Shown piece by piece: positions 17,338 to 27,353 of a DNA stretch of 55,910 nucleotides. The DNA lies in IMG/VR virus record IMGVR_UViG_3300008267_009201, positions 1-55,910 of that record. One strand, given 5' to 3'. The notes under the pieces were generated by a model that did no database searches, had not been told where the DNA came from, and saw only the letters and a program-made list of their open reading frames with translations. A program made the position numbers and the translations under genes. Within the stretch, counting starts at the first letter, position 1; each line of letters starts with the position of its first letter. Origin of the DNA: a virus (lineage: Duplodnaviria; Caudoviricetes).

Positions 17338-18699
17338 TTAATTTTTGTAATTTTCTAAAAAATATTTTAAATCTTCCGGAGTCCCCAACCCCCACATTGA
17401 CTTGACATTAAATGTTCTGATTTTTTTATTGTCATTTATTGCTTGGTTAAATACTGGACATACGTAAAATTCATTATTCACTCGAATATCTTTTTCAATC
17501 ATTTCTTCCGCATATTTTACAAAATCTGAACCGTGTTTCCAATAGTAGTAACCAACAGTTGCAATATCAGATATTGGATTTTTTTCCGCGACCTCCTCAA
17601 CTAAGCCTGTAACTTGATTAACTTTGGCGAATGACCACTTAGGATGTGTCGCAACAAATGTTACAATACCTCCGTCAACCTGTGTTTCTTGCATTTTATA
17701 CATAAATTCGTTAGAGTCCCACTCAACAAATTGGTCTGAGTTTGCAAAAAATAAAGGATTTTCATTATTAATATACTCTTTGGCTAATAATGCGGTACAA
17801 GCGGCGCCCTCAGTAATACCATCAGTCTCAACTATTTTACAATTTGGAGTTATTAGATTTAATAATGAGTCTAAATTGTATTTTTCCCTGTGTTTTTTTT
17901 GCACCACAAAAATATAATTTGCTTCTAAATTTAAGTTTTCAATTACTACTTGTATCATAGGTTTACCATTAACGTCAATTAATGGTTTTGGGAACGTATA
18001 TCCGGCAGATTCAAATCTACTTCCAGCACCTGCCATTGGGATTAATACGTTTAATTTATCGTTTTTCCATTTTGGTTTATTATCCATTTTTAAATTATTA
18101 AGATGTTTATTAATATTGTCAATTGTTACATCATTAGGCGACTCGACTCTCATAATATTTGATTTTGACCTAGTCGCAGCTAAAAGACCAAATGGAGAAT
18201 CCTCAACAATTAAAGTTTCTTCAGGTAAACAATTCATAACTGAAATTGCTTTCCAATACATTTCGGGGTGAGGTTTGCTGTTTTTAACATCTTCATTTGA
18301 TACTATATAGTCAAAAAATTCAATAATACCTAATTTAGATAATACAGTTAATACAGTTTTTCTAATACTGTTACTACAACACGCCAATTTGTACCCTTTA
18401 TTTGAATAATAATTAAGACAATCTATTAGATTATCTGATTTTTTTAAATTTTTTAATTTTAATAATGTCAAACTTTGTTTTTTATCCCAAATTTCAGTAA
18501 ATGAATCTATTGGTAAACCTTTTTCTTGATTTAACATTTTTAATTTTTCACTAGTCTTTAACCCATCATATTTTGACAAATGCTCCGATAATGAAATTTT
18601 ATATTTATCATCTAATGATTCATTTAGAGCATCAAAATGAATTTTTTTAGCATCAACTAATACACCATCTAAATCAAAAATAATTAATTTTATTTTCAT
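17338..18699 (-). CDS. Fused HAD phosphatase and sugar-nucleotidyltransferase
   Basis: N-terminal FDLDGVL, KPHP and VEDS; C-terminal LIPMAGAGSRF..PKPLI, EK.PISD.ATVG and LGTPEDL. Confidence 0.9.
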   Translation of the reverse strand: MKIKLIIFDLDGVLVDAKKIHFDALNESLDDKYKISLSEHLSKYDGLKTSEKLKMLNQEKGLPIDSFTEIWDKKQSLTLLKLKNLKKSDNLIDCLNYYSNKGYKLACCSNSIRKTVLTVLSKLGIIEFFDYIVSNEDVKNSKPHPEMYWKAISVMNCLPEETLIVEDSPFGLLAATRSKSNIMRVESPNDVTIDNINKHLNNLKMDNKPKWKNDKLNVLIPMAGAGSRFESAGYTFPKPLIDVNGKPMIQVVIENLNLEANYIFVVQKKHREKYNLDSLLNLITPNCKIVETDGITEGAACTALLAKEYINNENPLFFANSDQFVEWDSNEFMYKMQETQVDGGIVTFVATHPKWSFAKVNQVTGLVEEVAEKNPISDIATVGYYYWKHGSDFVKYAEEMIEKDIRVNNEFYVCPVFNQAINDNKKIRTFNVKSMWGLGTPEDLKYFLENYKN

Positions 18700-19424
18700 A
18701 TTACTCCTCTTTTATTTTTATCAATTCCATATTCATTTAAAATATTAGATAATTCTGTACTATACTCCATAAAATTCCATCTACCTTTATTAATTGCGGT
18801 TGCAACATATGGGAAAATATTTGAGTCGTAATGAGCACTACCTCTTTTTATTTCCCCGTCACAAGAACTCATAAACGATTTTGTTAAACCTAAGTCAATA
18901 CAGGTTTTAGATATGTTATATTCAATATCATATATTGAATTAGCATTAACGTTTTCTAAAATTTTTATTAATTTATTACGACTACATAATGTAGGTTGTA
19001 TTGAAAATAAATTGTACTTGGGACTAGCAACTAAGTTAGGGTGTATGTCACACCCACCAAGGTGACCATCGGTTTTAATTAACTTAATAAAATCTACTTT
19101 GTCTTCTAAAATTAAATTTACAAATTCTAAAATTATTTTTTTGTCAATATGGTCATATAAGAACATATCTTCGTGAATAAATAAAATTATTTCAGAATCA
19201 ATTTTATTTAAACAAGAAAGTAATCTTTCTCTGTAAGGTAAATTATTGTCGTAATAAATTTTTGTATAATTTTTAGGTATTAAATTGTTATCCTGATTGA
19301 TGAATATTGTTTTTTCATAATCAGGTACAAATTTCTCCATTTGATTAAAAAAAACTTCACAGACATCCATATAGTCAGTGTGACTATACAAAATCATATT
19401 AAATTTAGTTGTTATCATTCCCAA
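18696..19424 (-). CDS. Putative GT-A glycosyltransferase-like protein
   Basis: LFIHEDMFL, FSIQPTL and I.KGRW; resembles 35273-36145. Confidence 0.55.
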   Translation of the reverse strand: MGMITTKFNMILYSHTDYMDVCEVFFNQMEKFVPDYEKTIFINQDNNLIPKNYTKIYYDNNLPYRERLLSCLNKIDSEIILFIHEDMFLYDHIDKKIILEFVNLILEDKVDFIKLIKTDGHLGGCDIHPNLVASPKYNLFSIQPTLCSRNKLIKILENVNANSIYDIEYNISKTCIDLGLTKSFMSSCDGEIKRGSAHYDSNIFPYVATAINKGRWNFMEYSTELSNILNEYGIDKNKRGVI

Positions 19425-20140
19425 AAAGTGTCAAGGAGTATTTTATTATCCCATATTTTTTTATAAATCATCCACCATTTTAAAAAGGCGATTGAGTTTG
19501 ATAAATCTCCTTCATTACCCTCAATACTAATTGCGAATTTATGAAAGTCACTATTTAAATAAAATTGATTATCCAAATCCTCAAATATTGTAGTGAAATT
19601 TTCCATCGTATTATAATCGCCATAAAACCACATATCTGGAGGACCCATATGAAAATGTTGCCAATTTGCCATGTATAGTTTATTACTAATTATGTTCTGA
19701 TTAAAATTAATACATTGTACAGGATATGGATTTAGTTTACCGGGTCCTGATGTGTCCCTATTAATTCTACCTAAATCAAACCTTGATTTAATAACTATAT
19801 CGTATTTTTTAGTACTTGAATATAATAAATTAAAAACTTTATTAATACTATAAAAATGAGATAATACATTTTTAGGAGGTCTTGGGGAGTTACGTAAAAA
19901 ATTAATATTCCTACCATTTATTTTTTCAGTAAAATCTACTTGGTCCTCAAAAATAAAATCAATTGGTTTGTAAAGATTAATGATTTCATCATTTTTGTCA
20001 GAATTCCAACTATGTAAATAAATGTCAACATTATGGTTGTTTAATATATTTTTTTTAATGTGGTGGTAACCGTCTAAACCTTTAGATGAACTATCAGTTA
20101 ACGAATCAAAAAGCCCGTGCAAACAAAGAGCAATTCTCAT
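19415..20140 (-). CDS. Putative glycosyltransferase-like protein
   Basis: MRIALCLHG, DIYLHSW, YDIVIKSRFD and D.WFYG, a pattern common in phage glycan clusters. Confidence 0.55.
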   Translation of the reverse strand: MRIALCLHGLFDSLTDSSSKGLDGYHHIKKNILNNHNVDIYLHSWNSDKNDEIINLYKPIDFIFEDQVDFTEKINGRNINFLRNSPRPPKNVLSHFYSINKVFNLLYSSTKKYDIVIKSRFDLGRINRDTSGPGKLNPYPVQCINFNQNIISNKLYMANWQHFHMGPPDMWFYGDYNTMENFTTIFEDLDNQFYLNSDFHKFAISIEGNEGDLSNSIAFLKWWMIYKKIWDNKILLDTFWE

Positions 20141-20146
20141 TTTGTG

Positions 20147-20830
20147 TTATTTTTTTTTCCATAATTTAATCATATGGGTATTAATTCCGTCACCTTCAGA
20201 ATAAATTTCATTATGAGTTTTTAAAATATGTTCAATTAAAGGTAATTGTTTACCCATTGAGTTAAGAAAATTATGTAACTCCATTGTGATATATTCAATA
20301 TTTGACAAATCTTTTTCAAATAAAAAATCATATTCCGAACCCTCAACATCAACTTTAAGTAAGTCTATTTTACCCCCCGAAATTTTTAAAATTTCATCAA
20401 TGGAAATTGAAACGACCTCTTCATATCCTGTGTTTTCTTTCCATCCGTGATTGTTTGATTCATTGACAAAATGAATAATCCCATAGTTACCGCTGTTAGT
20501 GTCCTCACCATTTTCGTGAGTGTACTTCATTAATTTTAAGTTTAAATTGTCATCATAACTTACGGCTTTATTTATATAAGTTATTTTTTCTTTTAAATCT
20601 TGAGTGTTATTTATCAAACTTTCGTAATTTGATTTAGATGCTTCAATACAGATTATTTTATTAAATTTTTGACCCCAAGTAATTGTGAACGCCCCGACAT
20701 TTGAACCCGCATCGACCAGTATTGAATTTTTGTTAAAATCAATGTTTTGAATTGGGTATGATTGACATTCGGATAATAATAAATCTAACCAATTTGATGG
20801 ATTGGATGGGGTTAACTTTTCAATTTTCAT
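20147..20830 (-). CDS. FkbM-family methyltransferase
   Basis: VDAGSNVG, IDLLKVDVEGSE, MELH. Confidence 0.9.
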   Translation of the reverse strand: MKIEKLTPSNPSNWLDLLLSECQSYPIQNIDFNKNSILVDAGSNVGAFTITWGQKFNKIICIEASKSNYESLINNTQDLKEKITYINKAVSYDDNLNLKLMKYTHENGEDTNSGNYGIIHFVNESNNHGWKENTGYEEVVSISIDEILKISGGKIDLLKVDVEGSEYDFLFEKDLSNIEYITMELHNFLNSMGKQLPLIEHILKTHNEIYSEGDGINTHMIKLWKKK

Positions 20831-21468
20831 AGTATTGTTTTACAATTTTTAAACACGCTAAAATCTGTTAAATCTCGATAACCATTATTTTCGTCCAAAT
20901 CAGGGACATTTAATGGGTAATTTTGCATTAATGATAATCCGTGAGATGCTTGTTGCGGAGTCATATACATATTCCAACCTAGCATATCAATATCATCTTC
21001 ATGATACAATTTTTCACTTCTACCCTCATATCTTGCCTTTTTAAACCACTCAACCGCTTCAGGATTATCAGTTAAAATCATTCCACCCTTACCAATCTTT
21101 AAATGTTTTTTTATGTGGAATGACAAACACATAAATGAACCAGGTATGTACATATTTGACGTAAACCTTTTTGCCGAATCATAAATAGGATATGGTTTTA
21201 ATTGATAAACTCCTGACCAATTATTTGTTTTTTCAGACTTATCAAAAATAACTTCTCCGCCTGAATGAATAATTGATTGAGGTACTGAAAGATATGTTTT
21301 AGATGGTATTGTGACCTCTTTAACTTTTAAGTATTTACACACTAAAAATAATGCGTTTGTACAATTGTCAACGGATACCGCATACGGTGACCCTGTATAA
21401 TCGGCAACTTCTTCTTCGAACAAACGAACAACTTTATATGGGTTATGTTTTGGCTTTCTATAATTCAT
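20827..21468 (-). CDS. DegT/DnrJ/EryC1/StrS-family PLP aminotransferase (short form)
   Basis: FEEEVA.Y.G..YAV.V.NCT.AL, DSA, SFHIKKHL..G.GGMILT, GWN. Confidence 0.85.
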   Translation of the reverse strand: MNYRKPKHNPYKVVRLFEEEVADYTGSPYAVSVDNCTNALFLVCKYLKVKEVTIPSKTYLSVPQSIIHSGGEVIFDKSEKTNNWSGVYQLKPYPIYDSAKRFTSNMYIPGSFMCLSFHIKKHLKIGKGGMILTDNPEAVEWFKKARYEGRSEKLYHEDDIDMLGWNMYMTPQQASHGLSLMQNYPLNVPDLDENNGYRDLTDFSVFKNCKTIL

Positions 21469-21469
21469 T

Positions 21470-21874
21470 TTAAACTAAGTTATAATATTTAAATTTATCA
21501 TCTTTTTTGTATAAAGTAAAACCACATTTTTCAAAAACTTTTTGACTTGGTAAATTATCTATCAAAACTTTTGATGTAACCTCAATACCTTTATTTTTAA
21601 TTTCATTAATCATAAAAGAACCAATACCCATATTTTTATAATTATGGTTAACCGCAAATCTTATATCGGTATCAATTACCCCAATAAACCCAACAGGTAA
21701 ATTGTTCATAAGACATATCCAATAATTTTTTTCGTATTTTTCCATGTATTTTAATTGTTGTTCAGGTGTAATTTCAACCTGTTCTAAAAAACCTGAAGTA
21801 TTATTAGGGTCTGTCCTTAATAAACGAATTACTTCGTAATAATCTTTATTATTTTCAACTAATTTTAATTCCAT
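21470..21874 (-). CDS. GNAT acetyltransferase
   Basis: YKNMGIGS acetyl-CoA loop, N..S..VFEKCGF. Confidence 0.85.
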   Translation of the reverse strand: MELKLVENNKDYYEVIRLLRTDPNNTSGFLEQVEITPEQQLKYMEKYEKNYWICLMNNLPVGFIGVIDTDIRFAVNHNYKNMGIGSFMINEIKNKGIEVTSKVLIDNLPSQKVFEKCGFTLYKKDDKFKYYNLV

Positions 21875-21875
21875 A

Positions 21876-22661
21876 TTACCACTGACAATTCATATTTAAA
21901 TGATGTTTATGTTCACCTAACCAAAATTCTCTTAAATAAGCTCGGCTACCTTTCCAACCTTCCATTCTCATTAATGGATTTAATGTGCTACCAATATCAA
22001 TAAACGTATTATTTGGATGTTTACTATATAATTGGTGAATGATTAAATTACTTAAACTTGCGGCCGATATTAAAAATACATGATTTTGAATATCATTTTC
22101 GGTAATAAATTTATCAATTTCTGATATTAATGGATAATCATTAATGAAACAGTTGGTACCGACTCTAAAATCTTTAATTATATTAAATTTTAACGGTTCA
22201 ATTTTTGCTGATTTATTAACTACCATTATTACTTTTTTTGTTTTAAATAATGGGAATATTTCATCCATATATCTTTGATAATTGGAATTAATAAATAAAT
22301 TAGACCACGTCATGGTGTCATCATCACCTCCCGCTAAATCTAACTGCCAATTAAAAGTGTCCAAATCAACATCAGGTCTAGTACAGATTCCCCTAAAGTA
22401 ATTTTTTTCTTTATACTTTAACGAATCAATCAATCTCTCTCGATAAAATTGATGTTCATCAGGTAAAAACTTTTTTTGTTCTTCTTCATTATACCATGAA
22501 CCTCCACGACTATCTCCAATAATAAAATGGTCTGAGTTTAATTCAAGGTGTTTATTTTGTAATATGAAAAGTTCTCCGTCCGAAAAACGTAGAAACGCAA
22601 AATTTTCATTAGATAAAAGTTTTTCTTTTATCATTGTAAAGTGTGATTCAAATGTTTTCAT
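21876..22661 (-). CDS. GT-D-fold (DUF1792-like) glycosyltransferase
   Basis: RFSDGE and IDIGS motifs. Confidence 0.7.
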   Translation of the reverse strand: MKTFESHFTMIKEKLLSNENFAFLRFSDGELFILQNKHLELNSDHFIIGDSRGGSWYNEEEQKKFLPDEHQFYRERLIDSLKYKEKNYFRGICTRPDVDLDTFNWQLDLAGGDDDTMTWSNLFINSNYQRYMDEIFPLFKTKKVIMVVNKSAKIEPLKFNIIKDFRVGTNCFINDYPLISEIDKFITENDIQNHVFLISAASLSNLIIHQLYSKHPNNTFIDIGSTLNPLMRMEGWKGSRAYLREFWLGEHKHHLNMNCQW

Positions 22662-23407
22662 TATTTAATAACTTGTTTTCTTTTTTCAATAAAAGTTTTA
22701 TATTCTTCTTTGTGTTTTTCTGCGGTAAATAAATAATATGACCCTAACCCATAATTACGATTAAATTCACTTAATCTATCCCCTCTTAATTTTTGTTTTG
22801 GTATAAAGTCATGTAGACCAAGATATTTGTAATGTAACATTTTTAATTTTGGGTCTGAACACATAACAACATCTCCGACAGGATTTGCTATATGACACCC
22901 AAAACTGTAATTAATTTCCTTTATTTTATTACAGTCGAATAACATTAATTTATCGTTACTATTACCTTTAATACCAAATTTTACTTTTTCAAGTAAATTG
23001 TCATCCTTATCAAGAATTAAATCTTCATCACCAATCATATGATATCCTTCAGGTCTAAAAATTGTAAAATTTCTTTGTTTTGATAGTGTTAAAAATTTAA
23101 CCATATCTTCATGATATAAAAACTCATCAGCATCCCCAACAATCACGTAGTCAGATATCCCAATACTTTTTTTCCAAACATTGTTTTTTAAATTTAAGTA
23201 CAAATCATCCCTAACCTCATTGTTTGACTCCCAAGTAATAATCTCAGTATTTGGGAATGAGTTAATTATCATTACAGAATTATCGGTTGATTGATTATCT
23301 AATATATAAATTTTTTCACAAAATGATGAATAGTGTCGTAATAGATGAGGAAGTATATATTCTTCATTAAAACATAAAAAATATGCGTGTACTATTGGTT
23401 TATTCAT
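22661..23407 (-). CDS. GT2-like glycosyltransferase
   Basis: NEE..LP..L.HY, DNQSTD, DADEFL, LHYKY. Confidence 0.85.
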   Translation of the reverse strand: MNKPIVHAYFLCFNEEYILPHLLRHYSSFCEKIYILDNQSTDNSVMIINSFPNTEIITWESNNEVRDDLYLNLKNNVWKKSIGISDYVIVGDADEFLYHEDMVKFLTLSKQRNFTIFRPEGYHMIGDEDLILDKDDNLLEKVKFGIKGNSNDKLMLFDCNKIKEINYSFGCHIANPVGDVVMCSDPKLKMLHYKYLGLHDFIPKQKLRGDRLSEFNRNYGLGSYYLFTAEKHKEEYKTFIEKRKQVIK

Positions 23408-24126
23408 GAATTAATAGTTTTAAATCCTTTATTAATATAATCAACATAAATTTTACTCATCTCATTTAAGTGGGACGGGTTCATAGAAATTGCCGCAGAA
23501 TCTTGTCCTATTGACCAAGCGGTTTCAGGAATACTACCCCACATATCCATATTATTTTTTGGATGGGGAGGAACGTAAGTTTTTTTATTTAAATATTTCT
23601 GTAGAGTATATGAAAAATGCATATCTTCACCGACTAACTTGGACTGTCCAATATTAGGTAGTTCTCTCCAAAATGTTGAAAGCCATTCTCGTCTAAAAAA
23701 CCAAGAATGACCAACTATGTCAACTTCTTGTACTGACTCATTGGGTTCGGCCCATCCAATTCTTTGTATCGGTTGATATGAATTTTTAGTTAAAAATTTT
23801 ACTCCAATTGTACCTAATAAACCATCATATTTTTGAATTGTGTCATAGCAATTTTCTAACCATTTCTTTCCTGGAATGGTATCATCGTCAAATACACAAA
23901 CATATTCAGTGTCAGCATTTAATGCGAACGCGAATCTAGCCCAAACCCCAAAATTTTTGTTACTATTGGCGTGAGTCATTTTATTAGTTAATTGTGGGTC
24001 AAAATCTTCTCCTTTGTTTTGCCACAACATTATTTCTTTTGGTCTTAATGTTTGAGTTCTTACTGCCTCATATTGTTTTTCTAATACTCGACCTCTTTTA
24101 TACCCGTTTAATATTACTGTTACCAT
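23404..24126 (-). CDS. GT-A glycosyltransferase
   Basis: TVILNGYKR, CVFDDD..PG..W, VDIVGH, GED. Confidence 0.8.
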   Translation of the reverse strand: MVTVILNGYKRGRVLEKQYEAVRTQTLRPKEIMLWQNKGEDFDPQLTNKMTHANSNKNFGVWARFAFALNADTEYVCVFDDDTIPGKKWLENCYDTIQKYDGLLGTIGVKFLTKNSYQPIQRIGWAEPNESVQEVDIVGHSWFFRREWLSTFWRELPNIGQSKLVGEDMHFSYTLQKYLNKKTYVPPHPKNNMDMWGSIPETAWSIGQDSAAISMNPSHLNEMSKIYVDYINKGFKTINS

Positions 24127-24127
24127 A

Positions 24128-25117
24128 TTATAAATTTTCTAAAATTTTAATTATTTTTTGAGTTGATTTACCATCGCCATAAGGACACTCATTTAAAATG
24201 ATATAATCATTTTTTATTTTGTAAAATAGTTCTTTTAAATCTGATGGTTTTTCACAAATAAATGAATGGGTACCTATTGATTCAGTTCTTTCTGTTACTT
24301 TACGACAAACGATAACTTTTTTATTTAAAAATGAACCCTCCTCTTGTAATCCCCCACTATCTGTAATACATAATTTACATTTACTTAAATAATCTATTAA
24401 TTCATCGTGAGGTAACGGGTCAACAACTTTAACGTTTTTTAGTAACAATGAATATTTTTTAACATTTGGATTTGGATGAATTGGAAGTAAAAACTCAAGG
24501 TCAGTATTTTCATTGGCTAATTCATCAATTAACTGAAACCACTCTTTAATCATTTCGTGATTTTCTCTTCTATGTAAAGTAACTAATACTTTGTTTTCGT
24601 AAGATGTTGAAATACCATTTAAGTTATCTAAAACTGTATTACCTACCACAAATTTTTTACCTTCAATTTTTTCAGATAATAGATTATTTAAATTATTATT
24701 AGTTGGACATAAGTGAATGTCGGCAATTTTAGAGATTATTTGACGATAGATTTCTTCAGGATATGGATTATCTTTATCGTAAGTTCTAAGACCCGATTCT
24801 AAATGAATTATTTTTATTTTTCTATGATAACAAGATAATGCGATTGATACCGCAGTTGCGGTGTCCCCTTGAACTAATACGTAGTCAAACCCATTATCTA
24901 AAACATTTGAAATTTGATTTGACATTACTGAAGAAAATATAGAATCAAGTCTATTAGATTGTTCAAAAATTTCTAAAGAATAATTGTAATTACCCAATAC
25001 TAAATTTTGATGTTGTTTAACAAATAGGAATTCAAAATTAACGTTACCTGAATAATTGAAAAAATTTTTAATTTTAATATACTCCGGTCTTGTACCATAA
25101 CAAATTAGTATTTTCAT
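24128..25117 (-). CDS. wecB: UDP-N-acetylglucosamine 2-epimerase
   Basis: GTRPEYIK, QGDT, HLESGLR, PEE, TLHRREN, HPNP, TDSGGLQEE, PYGDG. Confidence 0.95.
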   Translation of the reverse strand: MKILICYGTRPEYIKIKNFFNYSGNVNFEFLFVKQHQNLVLGNYNYSLEIFEQSNRLDSIFSSVMSNQISNVLDNGFDYVLVQGDTATAVSIALSCYHRKIKIIHLESGLRTYDKDNPYPEEIYRQIISKIADIHLCPTNNNLNNLLSEKIEGKKFVVGNTVLDNLNGISTSYENKVLVTLHRRENHEMIKEWFQLIDELANENTDLEFLLPIHPNPNVKKYSLLLKNVKVVDPLPHDELIDYLSKCKLCITDSGGLQEEGSFLNKKVIVCRKVTERTESIGTHSFICEKPSDLKELFYKIKNDYIILNECPYGDGKSTQKIIKILENL

Positions 25118-26754
25118 ATTTTATTGATTGCGTTCATATAAATTTCTTTTATTTTGTTAACAACATTGATTGAGCCAAACTTATCAGTATCTGAAGGAAC
25201 TTCATTTAGTTTTTTATCTTTAATATTTCCATCACCATCAATGTTATATATCCAACCTGGCTTACCACATAACCAACCTTCAATTGTTGTACGACCAAGT
25301 AATATTCCAGCAGTTTCAGAACACCCCTTTACAAATTTTTCAACATTTTTAGTACTTGGGAAATATTTTACATTTCCATAATATTTGAATTGAGATGCAT
25401 AGTTTGATTTATCTTGCCCAACAATCCATAAATCTTTTCCAATATCGTTAGAGTAGTCAATTAAATCAAAAATTGTATTTTTTCTTAATTCATCAATAGT
25501 ACCAACAAAAAGAATATAGTTATCATCTTTAGTGTTATTAGTATTAAAACGTTCAGTGTCAATTGGATTATAAATCACCTCAATTAAGTCAGAATTGATA
25601 TTGAAATTATTGATTAAATGGTCTTTAATCTCAGGTCTGATTGCAATGTATTTTTCAACCATATCATTCACTACCGGATTTTCCAAATTAATAACTTCAG
25701 AATGGATTGTATATATTTTAGGGACATTTGGATATAAATTATTTAAGATATTAACAACAGGTTGATGTTGGTAATGAATTACATCAAAATTTTCTTCTCC
25801 GACTTTATAAAATTTGTTTTTTTCAGATAATATAGACCCATTTGGTGTATTTAATCTCCATACTCCATCACCTAATTTAAACCCTGGAGAATTAATAATA
25901 TTAAAAACTTTAATTCCTTCAGTTTTTGCAATATTTGCAAGGGGCCCCTCGGTTTCATATGCCACAATACTTACATCAGCATTTTGTTTAACTAAATTTT
26001 TGGCTAATTCATAAACATACATTTCTGAACCTGTAAATTCTCTGAAAAATAAACAACCAATTAAAACTTTAATTTTGTCATTATTAGTTATTTTAATTTT
26101 TGATGGCAAAAAATCTGAATATTTTTCAGAAAAAATTACTCTATTTTTCTCCCATTTTTCATTTGTCATTCCTATTGATTTATGGGTTAATCTAATATTA
26201 GTTATAACCCCAATTTTACACGATTCGATATAATTTTGAAAACAAAAATTAACATCGTAAAAATGAAAACCACTAACTGACTCATCGAAATTCTTTTTAA
26301 TTTTTGTTTTATCTAAACAAATGAAAAGACCATCAACTATTACTACCTCTTTAACATTATTTTGTTGGGAATCCGAATATTTAGATTCCCATTTTTTACC
26401 TTCGTGTTCATGATTGACTATTCCAATCATTTTAGACCTATCTTCCCACCACATACCACTTTTTGGTAAGTATGTTGAACCAGCAACTCCAATAATTGAA
26501 TATTCGGGATTCCTCTCAAATACCTTTTTTAATTTTTCACCCCAATTTTTAGTATCAAAATATATATCATCGTGACACAATACAACAATATCGTTTAATG
26601 ATTCTGAAAGTATCTCATTATAAACCTGAGACAAACTTTTTTCACCATTATTTACCTTTTCAATGACCTGAATTTTAGGATTACCACAAGATTTTTTAAG
26701 GTATTCTATAAAATCAGGATTACTATTTCTTGTACTATATCCAATCGTTATCAT
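25114..26754 (-). CDS. Two-domain glycosyltransferase (GT-A Glyco_tranf_2_5-like plus GT4)
   Basis: LCHDDI, VDGLF and FHFYD in the N-domain; GSEMYVYELA, IYNPID and GRTTIEGWLCG in the C-domain. Confidence 0.85.
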   Translation of the reverse strand: MITIGYSTRNSNPDFIEYLKKSCGNPKIQVIEKVNNGEKSLSQVYNEILSESLNDIVVLCHDDIYFDTKNWGEKLKKVFERNPEYSIIGVAGSTYLPKSGMWWEDRSKMIGIVNHEHEGKKWESKYSDSQQNNVKEVVIVDGLFICLDKTKIKKNFDESVSGFHFYDVNFCFQNYIESCKIGVITNIRLTHKSIGMTNEKWEKNRVIFSEKYSDFLPSKIKITNNDKIKVLIGCLFFREFTGSEMYVYELAKNLVKQNADVSIVAYETEGPLANIAKTEGIKVFNIINSPGFKLGDGVWRLNTPNGSILSEKNKFYKVGEENFDVIHYQHQPVVNILNNLYPNVPKIYTIHSEVINLENPVVNDMVEKYIAIRPEIKDHLINNFNINSDLIEVIYNPIDTERFNTNNTKDDNYILFVGTIDELRKNTIFDLIDYSNDIGKDLWIVGQDKSNYASQFKYYGNVKYFPSTKNVEKFVKGCSETAGILLGRTTIEGWLCGKPGWIYNIDGDGNIKDKKLNEVPSDTDKFGSINVVNKIKEIYMNAINKI

Positions 26755-27353
26755 ATTCCAGTACTCCCAAACCCGTTTTCTCCACGGTCTTTACTTTCTA
26801 CTTTATTGACTTTAACTAAATTAACATTTCTACCTGGATAACATTTTGATAAAACCGCTTGAGCGATTTTCATTCCTTTATTTATCTTGAATTGTTCTTT
26901 ATTTGTATTAAAAATTATGACTTGAACTTCACCTGTATAACCTTCGTCAACAGTTCCAGGACTATTAAGTACCATTAAACCTTGTTTAAGTGCTAAACCA
27001 CTTTTAGACCTTACTTGAATTTCAAATCCTTCAGGTATTTCAAATCGAATACCTGTTGGTACCAAAGCTCTGCCAAACCCATCAATTAAAATATCTTGGG
27101 TTGAGTATAAGTCAAATCCACTATCTGAAACATAATTATAATTTAAATTTAAATCGTCCTCAGATGAATACGGTAAATCTACTTTACTCATTGATTCCGC
27201 CATCTGAGACTCAAAGTCTTTTAAATCAATACCAAATTCATCGGAAATTTGTTTATACAAATCTAAATCAGATTCTTTTTCAATTGAGGACTGCATTTTT
27301 TTTATTTCCTCGTACAGGTCAAAATCTTCATCATTAATATTATCTAAACTCAT
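26751..27353 (-). CDS. dut: dUTPase (trimeric) with acidic N-terminal extension
   Basis: SGFDL, RSKSGLA, PGTVDEGYTGE, IAQ, RGENGFGSTG. Confidence 0.95.
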   Translation of the reverse strand: MSLDNINDEDFDLYEEIKKMQSSIEKESDLDLYKQISDEFGIDLKDFESQMAESMSKVDLPYSSEDDLNLNYNYVSDSGFDLYSTQDILIDGFGRALVPTGIRFEIPEGFEIQVRSKSGLALKQGLMVLNSPGTVDEGYTGEVQVIIFNTNKEQFKINKGMKIAQAVLSKCYPGRNVNLVKVNKVESKDRGENGFGSTGI

